This document shows positions 49,707 to 58,758 of a stretch of 64,000 nucleotides of DNA, one piece after another. The stretch lies in NCBI GenBank assembly GCA_965226375.1, contig CBDDCX010000005.1:264048-328047 (forward strand). Direction: 5' to 3'. Source of the stretch: Longimicrobiales bacterium. GTDB lineage: Bacteria; Gemmatimonadota; Gemmatimonadetes; Longimicrobiales; Gaopeijiaceae. Below the pieces are notes generated by a model that searched no databases, was not told the origin of the DNA, and saw nothing but the letters and a program-made list of their open reading frames with translations. Position 1 is the stretch's first letter. Every line of letters starts with the position of its first letter. The position numbers and the translations under genes were made by a program.

Positions 49707-49734
49707 GCCTCTTGGGGAGCGTGTAGAGGTCGTG

Positions 49735-49980
49735 ATGGACGAAGATCACGGAGGCCGATGGTCGCTTTGGGAAAAGGAGCCCTTCGCCACATTCCGGGCC
49801 GAGCCCAAGCTGTTCGCGATTGGCCTCCCCCTCGTGTTCTTCGGCGGGGCCCTGGCCGGAGCCATGCTCATGAGGCGAAGCCTTCAACTCGCGCTGGGCG
49901 TCCAGGTGGTCCTGCAGACGCTGGGGTTCTTGTGGCTCTATGTGCCGGCTTTACGGCGCACCAAGAACCGCGAGGACTGA
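49735..49980 (+). CDS. small membrane protein
   Basis: Two TM segments; RBS AGAGG. Confidence 0.55.
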   Translation: MDEDHGGRWSLWEKEPFATFRAEPKLFAIGLPLVFFGGALAGAMLMRRSLQLALGVQVVLQTLGFLWLYVPALRRTKNRED

Positions 49981-50007
49981 GGCGCCGGGATTCGCTCTCG
50001 CGGCACC

Positions 50008-50035
50008 TTGACCGCATGGGGCTGCTAAATAGCTT
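50008..50035 (+). promoter_or_regulatory. candidate sigma70 promoter of the native tRNA-Lys locus
   Basis: TTGACC-N16-TAGCTT about 30 nt upstream of the tRNA 5' half. Confidence 0.45.
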
Positions 50036-50063
50036 TCTATGCTCCTCAGCAAATGAGGTATCC

Positions 50064-50101
50064 GCCCCGCTAGCTCAACTGGTAGAGCAACTGACTCTTA
50101 A
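50064..50101 (+). repeat. 5' half of tRNA-Lys (att-like duplication, ends in the anticodon loop)
   Basis: Identical to 51794-51831. Confidence 0.9.
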
Positions 50102-50244
50102 GTATCCACATCAGTTGTTACGAGGCGCCATCGGCGCGCTCTTACTGCCTTCTAGGCCGCTCTCCCCGCGCATCGCGCACCATCGGCAAGCACCGTAGGG
50201 CCCACTTTGGGCCGCACTTTTGTTTCGGATTGAAGATCCAACTC

Positions 50245-50790
50245 CTACACCGGCCGCGCGCGCTCGCGTTTCTGGGCATCCTCAAGTCTCTGCCGATTTC
50301 GTTCATGTGCCACGAGGTTGAGTGCCGGGACCATCGAGAGGATGTAGTCGGAAAGATCCTCCTCGCCCATCCGTGCGACGTCCACGCCCCACCTCGAGAG
50401 GGGAGCTGCCAAGGCCAAACCAATCCCCTGCGTGACGGCCTCTTCCGCGGAGTGATCACCATCTCGGTACGCGGTGAGGGTTCCGACTGGGTCTAGCCTT
50501 AAGTCGAGGTCCCTGAGGCGCAGGCGTAGCCGAGTTAGTGGTGGGACCCAGTGGGGAATTTCTTCGAAGAGTAGTCCGGCGGCTGGGATGTCGTCGCCTT
50601 CTTCCGTCGACGTGCGGTACCAGGATCGTTGATTCGCCTCGGGCAAGCCGATCGATTTGCAGATGGCCTTGGCGACAGTTCGCTCGACGTCGAAACGGGG
50701 CTCCGGGGCGGATTGGTTGTCCGCAGCGAGTTCGTCGAAAGGCTCGAGAGGGGGCCCCTGGTAGCAGATCAGCCACGCGCTCCGGACCCC
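50245..50790 (-). CDS. hypothetical protein, probably 5'-truncated
   Basis: Open frame of about 180 aa with no clear start or RBS. Confidence 0.35.
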   Translation of the reverse strand, partial: GVRSAWLICYQGPPLEPFDELAADNQSAPEPRFDVERTVAKAICKSIGLPEANQRSWYRTSTEEGDDIPAAGLLFEEIPHWVPPLTRLRLRLRDLDLRLDPVGTLTAYRDGDHSAEEAVTQGIGLALAAPLSRWGVDVARMGEEDLSDYILSMVPALNLVAHERNRQRLEDAQKRERARPV

Positions 50791-50805
50791 TAGGAGGCTG
50801 GCCGC

Positions 50806-50925
50806 GTGCAAGGGTCCTACGCCAACGCAACCAATATCCGCGGGAATAGCGATGTGGATTTGGTGGTCGAGGCCACATCGGTGAATTACTCCAACCTCTC
50901 CTCCCGAAGAGAAGAAGAAGTTGGG
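50806..50925 (+). pseudogene. cGAS/DncV-like (SMODS, CD-NTase) nucleotidyltransferase fragment
   Basis: VQGSYANATNIRGNSDVDLVVEATSVNYSNLS, then frameshifted EEKKKLG. Confidence 0.7.
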
Positions 50926-50942
50926 TGTGGGGAACCGTCGAG

Positions 50943-51255
50943 GGTCTTAAACTGACCCTTGAAGTCCAGCCGACCAGATGGCGTTGGGTGCGTCGAAGGG
51001 AGCTGTGGGCCTGCCGGGATGCGGACGCCTACGACTCCTGCGCGGCTTCTTCACGAGTCCCTCACGGAGGAAGTACTTGTGGAGGATGCCGGCGGGATGG
51101 TGGCTTCGGCCTTGAGGTCTTTATGCATGCGTTCGTGACGGCCATTCTGCTGGGGTGAAGCCGGCTCGATGAGGTCGGGCAGGATACCGAGCTTGATCCA
51201 CCAGACCGAGAGACGAGAGAGTCGGCCGAGGGCGATGGAAGCGAAGGGGGTCCCG
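50943..51255 (-). pseudogene. IS481-family transposase remnants
   Basis: GTPFASIALGRLSRLSVWWIKLGI...PQQNGRHERMHKDLK, followed by EGLVKKPRR...PNAIWSA/DFKGQFKT. Confidence 0.8.
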
Positions 51256-51305
51256 CACGGCTGTTCGGAGCGGCGAAGACAGTCCGCGACGGAACTCGTG
51301 CCGGC

Positions 51306-51659
51306 CTAGCTCCACATGCTCCTGAGCTGGTCGAGATGTGTCTTCTGATTCACTTGGAGGTCTTTCTCGATCCAGAACTGGAACCGGCGAAAGACGTCCA
51401 GATAGACCGTGCTAAATGAACGACGTAAGTAGGTCTCGTTCACGATACCACCCTCGATCGCCAGGTACATTTCCTCCCAGAAGTTGAACATCGTAAGGAT
51501 GGAACGTTCCAGGGTCTCGTCCTCATGAACACGCCCCTAGAGTGCTTCGTCAGACAGTCGACTCGCTTGCTTCTTGATCTGCCGCGTCATGTCGCGCGCT
51601 GCCATCAGAGACGAGGAATCCCACCGTCGTAGGTACTCGAAAGCGTTCTCGGTGGAACG
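51306..51659 (-). pseudogene. DUF4760-like protein fragment with in-frame TAG
   Basis: AFEYLRRWD...DEAL*GRV...MFNFWEEMYLAIEGGIVNETYLRRSF; stop at 51537-51539; no start. Confidence 0.55.
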
Positions 51660-51793
51660 TTAGACGCCATGCCTTTGCCATGACTTAGGAGAACTCCGCC
51701 ATGTCGTTCCAAGGCCGCCAGTTGGAGTGGGTCGTATTGGTGACAGGAAAGAAGTGGTTTAGGTTGTTTGTCGGCAAACAGATAGAAGTGCCC

Positions 51794-51866
51794 GCCCCGC
51801 TAGCTCAACTGGTAGAGCAACTGACTCTTAATCAGTAGGTTCGGGGTTCGAGTCCCTGGCGGGGCA
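51794..51866 (+). tRNA. tRNA-Lys (anticodon CTT)
   Basis: Cloverleaf: GCCCCGC/GCGGGGC acceptor, GCTC/GAGC D stem, ACTGA-CTCTTAA-TCAGT, CGGGG-TTCGAGT-CCCTG; CCA not encoded. Confidence 0.97.
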
Positions 51867-51963
51867 CTGCAGTAAGTGCATAAATAACAAGTACTTAACT
51901 GCTAAGTCGATGATAGTGTAAGGCGAGGATATTTGGTGTGGCGTCCATATGGCGTCCATGTGG

Positions 51964-52330
51964 CTGTAACTGGGCCAAGGATGAGGCGCCGGAGCGGCAG
52001 AGTTGAGCCCGGGCAAGCGACGGAGAGCCTGCAAGGCGCTGGGGCTGGAGAAGCACCAGGCGCTGATCGTGGCGCACCGGGGCGCACACGTGCACGTGAT
52101 CGTGAACCGGGTCGACGCACAGAGCGGGAAAGCGGCGGGGTTGAGCCGGAGCAAGCTGCGCCTCTCGAAGTGGGCGGCAGGATACGAGCAGGGGCAGAGG
52201 GGTGGCCTGGCAGCGGGCCGAGGAGCGTCCGCACTGGCAAGCGGATTGCAGCACGGGCGAGGGAAGAAGCTCCGGGATCTGGAGCGCCGGAGCAGACGGG
52301 AGTGGGCGGAGCTCTACGGGCGTCAAGGGC
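51964..52330 (+). pseudogene. HUH relaxase (MOBP/VirD2-like) internal fragment
   Basis: NWAKDEAPE...KALGLEKHQALIVAH..AHVHVIVNRVD; frameshifted, no start. Confidence 0.7.
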
Positions 52331-52339
52331 TGGACGCGG

Positions 52340-52531
52340 CCGGCAGCGACTGGCGTCCGCCTGCCTCTTGGCCCGGTCCCAGTCGCGATGCCCGAGCGAC
52401 TTGCTAAGCCTCCGTCCGCCTTCGCGCCACTCGATCCGGAGGAGACCGGTCCCGGGGTCTGGAAAGACCAGCACCCGATTCCGGCCCCGCCCGCCGGCGC
52501 TGTAGCTCGTGCGACTGCGTTTTGTGCCATC
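52340..52531 (-). pseudogene. N-terminal (arm-binding-like) fragment of a tyrosine integrase
   Basis: SYSAGGRGRNRVLVFPDPGTGLLRIEWREGGRRLSKSLGHRDWDRAKRQAD; RBS GAGGAGG; catalytic domain absent. Confidence 0.55.
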
Positions 52532-52599
52532 ATCCGATACCCTCCTCGATGACGGACTGCACGATTAAGCCCGCTCGAAACCTCGCGCAGCGAAGGCTT

Positions 52600-52926
52600 C
52601 GCCGCCAGACGAGACTCGGCCAGCGCCCCGGCCTCATGGGGGAGGTCCCCTCGAGCGATCCCGGGTGTGCCGGGCCTTCCGGCGTTCGGGACCTTGCCCT
52701 CGGGGACCAGGCGTCCCAGGTGAGCGGCACAGTAGCAGCTTTCCCCCCCCGGCTGCCTCTGTCAGCGTCAGAATCGTGTCGTCTCTGTGGCGCAGGGCGG
52801 TTTCGAGCTGCGCCGCGCAGGCCTCCAGCGCCACGGCCGATGTCCCGCCCCCGTAGCGGCGCAGGGTCCTGGCCCGCGTGCGCCAGTCCGCGCGGGCAGG
52901 ATCTCGATGGATGTTCGCTCGATCAT
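52600..52926 (-). pseudogene. excisionase-like HTH gene, frameshifted
   Basis: DWRTRARTLRRYG...TLTEAA / CYCAAHLGRLVPEGKVPNAGRPG directly upstream of the integrase fragment. Confidence 0.5.
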
Positions 52927-52975
52927 GTCCGCACTTCCGGGTCTCGACGATTCGCGGCCGACCCGAGCCCGGTAT

Positions 52976-53290
52976 TCAGTCCCAGTCGCCCTCGGCGTCG
53001 CTCTTGAGTGCGCGGGCGAGCTCGGGATCGCCCTCACCGCGCCGGACGGAGCGCTCGACGAGATCGACGCGCCGCCCCAGGTCGGCGAGTCCGGCGGCGC
53101 GAGCGACGGCGTAGGTGGCGGCCGCGACGGCGCCGAGCGCCAGCGCCGAGTGCAGGACGATCGGGATGCCGTGGTCGGCGAGGATCACCGTCCAGAACGG
53201 CGCGAGGTATTCGAGGCGCGGCCCGGCGAGGACGAGGCCCGAGCCGACAAGTGCGGCTGTGAGCCCCGCACTGATTCTCCAAGGCTGCAT
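52976..53290 (-). CDS. small membrane protein of the ICE
   Basis: RBS GGAGG; two hydrophobic segments. Confidence 0.65.
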   Translation of the reverse strand: MQPWRISAGLTAALVGSGLVLAGPRLEYLAPFWTVILADHGIPIVLHSALALGAVAAATYAVARAAGLADLGRRVDLVERSVRRGEGDPELARALKSDAEGDWD

Positions 53291-53313
53291 CGCTGGATCC
53301 TCCGGGGGGGGGG

Positions 53314-54201
53314 CTAGAGTTCGAGCGCGGCCGGATCCCGGTCGGCCGGCCCTCGCAGGGAGGAGCGATCTGCGCCGTCGCCCACGCCGAGTGAGCGGAG
53401 CAGGCGCGCGGCGGCCGGTCCGTTGGCGTGCATCCGGAACCCGGCGGCGGCCTTGGCACGTATGGATCCAGCCCGGTAGTTGCCGGATGCGACCTCGATG
53501 TTGACGCGTCCGCTTCGTCCCTCGGAGTCGGTGTACTCGATCTGCGCATCGGGGTAGAGCACGCGGCCTTGGGCATCGATCGGCAAGCCGAGCTCCTGGG
53601 CCACGCGGTGCCGCTCGGCGTCGGCGGCCCGGCGGCCGTCTTTCGCACGCGCGGACTCGCTCTTGCGTGCTACGGCGCTCTTGAACTCGCCGTCGAGACG
53701 CACACGGCGGACGGTGGCCCCCTGCTCGATCAGGCGTTGGTGCTCCTGGCGGCAGGCCCGATAGATGGCGGTGTCGTGCGCGGCTTCGGCGGGCCGGGTA
53801 CGGCCGGCACCGATCTCCTGGCCGGGATCGATGCCCCGCTCGGCGGCCAGCTTCCGGGCCTCGGCCACGCCTTTGCGCGTGAGGGTCAGCACCTTGAACG
53901 GGTTGCCGTTGGGTCCAGTGGCTCGGGTTTCTTGGGCGAGCCCTTCGCGTATCCAGGCGTTCACGGCCCGGCGCGTGGTGTAGGGATGGCCGCCGAAGCG
54001 AGCCTCGGCGAGGTCGCGGACGGAGACGGCGCCGTAGATGCCGATGTCGGCGAGCGCCCCACGGCACCGTTGTCTGAAGGAGGTGGACCCGCGGTCCCGG
54101 CTCGCGTCGTATTCTCGGCGATGGCCGTCCCGCATGCGGTAGATAGCGCGGCTTTGTGGCGCGGCGGGCCGCGGGTCCGATCCGATCGTGCGGTCGAACA
54201 T
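53314..54201 (-). CDS. wHTH + PD-(D/E)xK-like protein (replication-relaxation-like)
   Basis: LADIGIYGAVSVRDL...WIREGL...LTLTRKG wHTH; AHDTAIY; YPDAQIEY...NIEVAS.NY. Confidence 0.6.
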   Translation of the reverse strand: MFDRTIGSDPRPAAPQSRAIYRMRDGHRREYDASRDRGSTSFRQRCRGALADIGIYGAVSVRDLAEARFGGHPYTTRRAVNAWIREGLAQETRATGPNGNPFKVLTLTRKGVAEARKLAAERGIDPGQEIGAGRTRPAEAAHDTAIYRACRQEHQRLIEQGATVRRVRLDGEFKSAVARKSESARAKDGRRAADAERHRVAQELGLPIDAQGRVLYPDAQIEYTDSEGRSGRVNIEVASGNYRAGSIRAKAAAGFRMHANGPAAARLLRSLGVGDGADRSSLRGPADRDPAALEL

Positions 54202-54224
54202 CTGCTAGGGCTCCGTCCTCGACG

Positions 54225-55243
54225 TCAGCGGCTCGGGCCGAAGCTCCGGGTCGGGAGCGGCGGACGCTCCGGCCTTGCGGCGTGCTGCGGGTCGGAGGCG
54301 CGGGTGGCGGCCACCGGCTCCCGTTCGGGCTCACGCTCGCGGCTGCGGGCGAGCACGAAGTCGGAGATCTTCTGCGCGTCGGCCGCGGCGCGGCGGATCT
54401 CCCGGGGGTCCTCCTCGAGGGCAGCGACCCACCCCTCGACGTACGCGGCGCCCCTGCTCGGGTCGTGGCCCACGCCCACGCGCTCGCCCGTCATCATGGC
54501 GCTGATCTCCGCGCGCAGCTCCTCCTTCGCATAGGCCGGCGAGCCGAACCCGCCCTCGATCCCTTGGGTGAGCGTAGCGCGGTTCATCCGCTCGGGATGG
54601 CCGGTGCTGTGCCCCAGCTCGTGGAGCGCGGTCTGGTAGTAGTGGTTGGCCGAGGGGAACTGTCCGCGCTCGGGCAGCACGATCTCGTCGTTGTTCAGGT
54701 TGTAGAACGCGCGGTCGCCGGCGACGTGACGGACGGGGACCCCGCTGTCTTCCAGCACCCTTCGGCGTTCTGGTGGACCTTCCAGAGCGGCTCGGCAGTG
54801 GGCGTCGGCCGGGCCGGCAGCCCGTCGGCCTGCTCGGCGTTGAACACGGTGTACTGCCGGACGACGGGCGTGGGCATCCGCTCGTGGCGGTAGACGCGCT
54901 TGCCCTCGTTGTCCCTGACGGGCCGGCCGCGCTCGTCGTTGACGGCGATCTTCCGGTGGTCCTGAAACGAGAGGATGCGGGTGCCGCGCTCGCCTTTTCT
55001 GACCTGTCCGCCCCGGGCCTGGATCTGGCGGTAGGTGCCCCAGCGGACGTCGCCGTAGCCGCGCTCCTGCTGGACGGCGGCAAGATGCAGGCTGTTGCCG
55101 CCCGCGTAGGAGCGTCCGGTGTCGACGTTGGCGGGAAGCACGCGCTCGCCCGGCCCCCAGGGCTTCTGCCAGGGCGCGGTGCCCTGGCGGATCTGCTCGA
55201 TGATCCCCTCGGCGAACTGGCGGTGATATTCGTCGTGTTTCAT
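54225..55243 (-). CDS. ardC: ArdC-like antirestriction/ssDNA-binding protein (frameshift near 54760)
   Basis: GTAPWQKPW, Y.GGN, RWGTYRQ, VRKGERG, YTVFNAEQ; then AFY, LHELGHSTGH, YAKEELRAE. Confidence 0.88.
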
Positions 55244-55440
55244 AGCTCTTCCTCCTCGGGGCCATGCGGATCGTGCCCCGCGTCCCGGATCTCGTCGTCG
55301 GTGCCCACGTCCTCGGGGAAGAGGCCGTACTCTTCGGCCAACGATGCCGGCACCTCGAGGGCCTCGCCCCCGTCGCGCGCGAGCTCCCGGTCGAAGTCGT
55401 CGAGCGTCTCGATGCGGACGATCTTCTCGTCGCTTTCCAT
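55240..55440 (-). CDS. small acidic protein (66 aa)
   Basis: RBS AAGGAGTGAGG; translationally coupled to ardC. Confidence 0.6.
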   Translation of the reverse strand: MESDEKIVRIETLDDFDRELARDGGEALEVPASLAEEYGLFPEDVGTDDEIRDAGHDPHGPEEEEL

Positions 55441-55444
55441 GGCC

Positions 55445-56428
55445 TCACTCCTTTTCTGTTGGTTCTTCATCGTGCTTCCTCCAGATCGGTCTCGGTGAGC
55501 CAGCGATTGGCGGCCGCGTCGTAGCCCCGGACCGGAGCGCCTCCTCGACGAACCGCCGGCCCCCGCGGCGGGTCATGTGGACGACGAGCGAGATGCCGTC
55601 GACCACGCCCCTGCAGGTGACCTCCCAGGGGAGCGCGCCTCCGGCCTGCATGGCGCAGCTCGCCAGGCGCGATAGCGCGGAGCTGGCGTTGTTGGCGTGC
55701 ACGGTGGTGAGCGATCCGCCGTGGCCCGTGTTCAGCGCCTGCAGCAGATCGGCGGCCTCGCCGCCCCTGACCTCGCCGACCACGATGTGGTCGGGCCGGT
55801 GGCGCAGCGCGTGCCGCACGAGGTCGCGGATCGATACGGGCGCCTCGGAACCGACCGCACCCGCCTCGAAGCGGAGGCAGTTCGCGCGCTCGATCCTGAG
55901 CTCGAGCGTGTCCTCGATGGCGACGATCCGCTCCTCCTCGGGAAGCAGTTCGATCAGGGCGTTCAGCAGCGTGGTCTTGCCCGAGCCCGTGCCTCCCGAG
56001 ACCAGGATGTTGCGCCGGGAAGTGAGAGTGTCGCGGGCGGCCCGGAACACCGTCTCTGGCAGGGCCCCCTGGCCGACGAGGTCCTCGGCCGAGAACGCGC
56101 GGCCCCCGAACCGGCGGATGGTCATCGCCACGTGGGGGCTGGCCGGCGGAGTGCAGATGGCGACCCGGGAGCCGTCGTCGAGCCGCGCGTCGAGGATGGG
56201 CCGCGTGGCCGGATCGAGCCCGAGCGGGCGCGCGATGTGGATCGCCGCCCGGTGGAGCGCGGCGGCGGTGAGCGCTGGTGCCTCGATGGGCTCGAGCTCG
56301 CCGCCGCGTTCGACCCAGACGTTGCCGGGGCCGTTGATCATCAGCTCGGAGACCTCCGGGTCCTCGAGCACGGCCTCGAGTCCGGGCAGAAACGGCTTCA
56401 GATGCCCGATCCCGCTCGCGCGCTTCAT
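55445..56428 (-). CDS. VirB11/TrbB/CpaF-family secretion ATPase
   Basis: ELMING, SGGTGSGKTT, IEDTLEL, HRPDHIVVGEVRG, NTGHGG.LTTVHA. Confidence 0.92.
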   Translation of the reverse strand: MKRASGIGHLKPFLPGLEAVLEDPEVSELMINGPGNVWVERGGELEPIEAPALTAAALHRAAIHIARPLGLDPATRPILDARLDDGSRVAICTPPASPHVAMTIRRFGGRAFSAEDLVGQGALPETVFRAARDTLTSRRNILVSGGTGSGKTTLLNALIELLPEEERIVAIEDTLELRIERANCLRFEAGAVGSEAPVSIRDLVRHALRHRPDHIVVGEVRGGEAADLLQALNTGHGGSLTTVHANNASSALSRLASCAMQAGGALPWEVTCRGVVDGISLVVHMTRRGGRRFVEEALRSGATTRPPIAGSPRPIWRKHDEEPTEKE

Positions 56429-58465
56429 AGCCGGCCCTCCTCGCGAAGCCGCCAGTAGCCCACGTCCCTCGGCAGGTAATGGGGCTTCAGGTAGACGCGC
56501 CGCGCCGGCAGGGACTTCGTGCCGTCGTAGGGCAGGCAGATCGCCTGATAGTTGGCGAGGAGGCTGAAGTCCCGGGGCGTGAAGACCGGCTCCCGTGCCT
56601 GCCGAAACGACTTGCTCGCGCCGATCGTGCCGCGCCCGCCGCCGGCTCGTCCCGACAGCAGCGAGAACTCCGGCCGGCCCGTCGTCTCCGTGAACGTGTA
56701 GGAGGGCTGCGTCTTCATGACGCTGCCGCACATCTCCGACGCGATCCTGGCCGAGGACTCGTCGCTCAAGGACAGGAAGATCCGGGTGCGGAGCGTCTGG
56801 ACCAGCGTGCGCCACGCGTCCGTGCCCGACAGCACGGAGCGGAGCGAGGAGATCGACTGCGTGGCGACGATCGGGATGCAGCGGCACTGCCGCGTCAGCG
56901 CGAACGCCTTCTCGTCGCCAGCGGGGTCGTCCTGGCCCACGGTGGCGAACGCCTGGTACTCGTCGCAGATGAACACGGCGGGCCGGAGGTAGCGTCCGGG
57001 CCGGCGGGCGGCCTCGGCGGGGCGCCGCAGGAGCGCCTGTATCCAGGCGTTCTTGAGCAGCACGCCGATGGCGCGACCGAGCGCCGGGTTCGCGCCCGCG
57101 GGCATGTTGAGGGCGAGGATGCGGCCCTCTTCGATCAGCTGGGCGAGCGGCGGCAGCCGGCGGCGTAGGCCCGCCATGGGCCGGACGGTTGCCGCGTCCT
57201 CCTCCGGCGGATCGTCACCTATATATATAGACTCATCCGATTCCGGAGGCGGCGGACAGAACATGCTCGCGACTTGCGGCTGATCGAAGAGCGAGAGGAA
57301 GACACTGATGCCCTCGACGATGGAGGTGCGGAGCTTGGCATCGAGCGCCATCCAGTCGTTCAGGTACCACCGCTCGATCGCCTCGACCTGCTCCCTGAGC
57401 TCGCTGCCCGCTCCGCCCCCGCTCTCCTCGGTCTCGAACGCGATCTCGAGCTCGGCGAGCCGATCGCGCAACCCGGGATCGAGCCGGCAGGTGGCCTTCT
57501 CGGTGCCGGCCACCGGCTCCCAGGCCCAGTCCTCGAGAGACTCCTTGTGCGTAACGAGATCGCTGCCGGCGACGGTGACCCGGACCGGGCAGAGCCGGTC
57601 GGCCAGCTCGCGGGCCTCGCCGATCTTCCGGCCGAACAGCTCCGCGTCGATCGTGCAGCGGTAGACGTCCTGCAGCGTGACCCAGCCCCCCGGCAAGAGC
57701 CGGTGCAGTTCGATGATCCAGCGCACGAGGTTCGTATAGGCTTGCTGCCAGAACGGGCTCGCGGCTCTTGCCGAAGAGCTGGTTGATCAGGGACGCGACG
57801 CTGTAGGCGAGCGAGTAAGTGTCGAGCAGCGGATCGTCGAGCGGGTTCCACTGCCAGGCACCGCCGAGGCCGATCTCCAGGTAGTCGTCCCCGCGGCCGG
57901 CCTTCTCGAGGATCCGGCGCACGTCGTGACAGAAGTCGCCCTTGACCTCTAGCACCAGGGCGCTGGCCCGGCGTGCGGGCCGGTCGGCCTGCCAGGAGAG
58001 GAGCTGCTGGGCGAACGGATACATGCAGGCCGTGGTCTTGCCGGAGCCGACGGCGCCGACGATGAGCACGCCCGTATACAGCCCCGTCTCGGGAACGACG
58101 AGCCAGGAGGGCCGCTCGCTCTCGCGCGGGACGACGGGATGGTGGAGCTCGCCGATCACGAGCGAGGGCGCCTCGTCCTCGGGCGAGGCGGGCCAGGGTG
58201 GCAACGTGCCCCGGCGCCCTCCTCCCGCTCGTGGCTCGAGCCAGACTCTCCAGACCGAGAGGCCGAGGCTGCCGAAGAGCACCACGGCGACGGCGGGCGC
58301 CACGTAGTACCAGACGCGGATCACCGTGTGGAAGCCCGGATCGTGGTAGGCGATCAAGTCCAGCACGGGGTTGCCGCCCATGCCGGGGAACGGCGCCCGG
58401 AACGCGTGAGCGATGGCGGCCGCCGAAGCGAGGCCCACGAGGACGAGCGTCGCGGGTTTCAGCAT
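56425..58465 (-). CDS. VirD4/TraG-like coupling protein (frameshift near 57755)
   Basis: N-terminal TMs, GAVGSGKT, LEVKGD, WNPL, FICDEYQ, VATQSISSL. Confidence 0.85.
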
Positions 58466-58499
58466 CGCGCTGGCACCCTTCCCGGAGGGATCGATGACC

Positions 58500-58741
58500 G
58501 GGAGCGACCCCGCCGGGGGCAGAGCGTGTGAAAACACGCACGCCCCCACGCCATCACTAGGGCGTCCGCGGGCGGGGTCGCTCCCATATCCGCCTCATCG
58601 GCCCGTCTGGCCACGTCCGGCCGGGCAGCTGAGGCGTAAGACGCAGTGGCGTCGGCGCATATGCGGTGGGCCCCGTGTGAATCCGGGCCGGGCCAGGCTG
58701 TGAATCGACCCCCCGCGTCGTTTTCACGATCCTAGTGGCGG
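58500..58741. other. structured non-coding block, candidate oriT or cis-regulatory RNA
   Basis: Perfect 15-bp inverted repeat 58500-58514/58571-58585 enclosing two hairpins; further hairpin 58591-58636; TGTGAATC direct repeats at 58676 and 58699. Confidence 0.55.
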
Positions 58742-58758
58742 CATGACACGCAGGCACA

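Noticed and set aside
51537..51539. In-frame TAG as possible pyrrolysine or readthrough
   Set aside because: The gene lacks its start and sits among decayed fragments, and no pyl genes are seen
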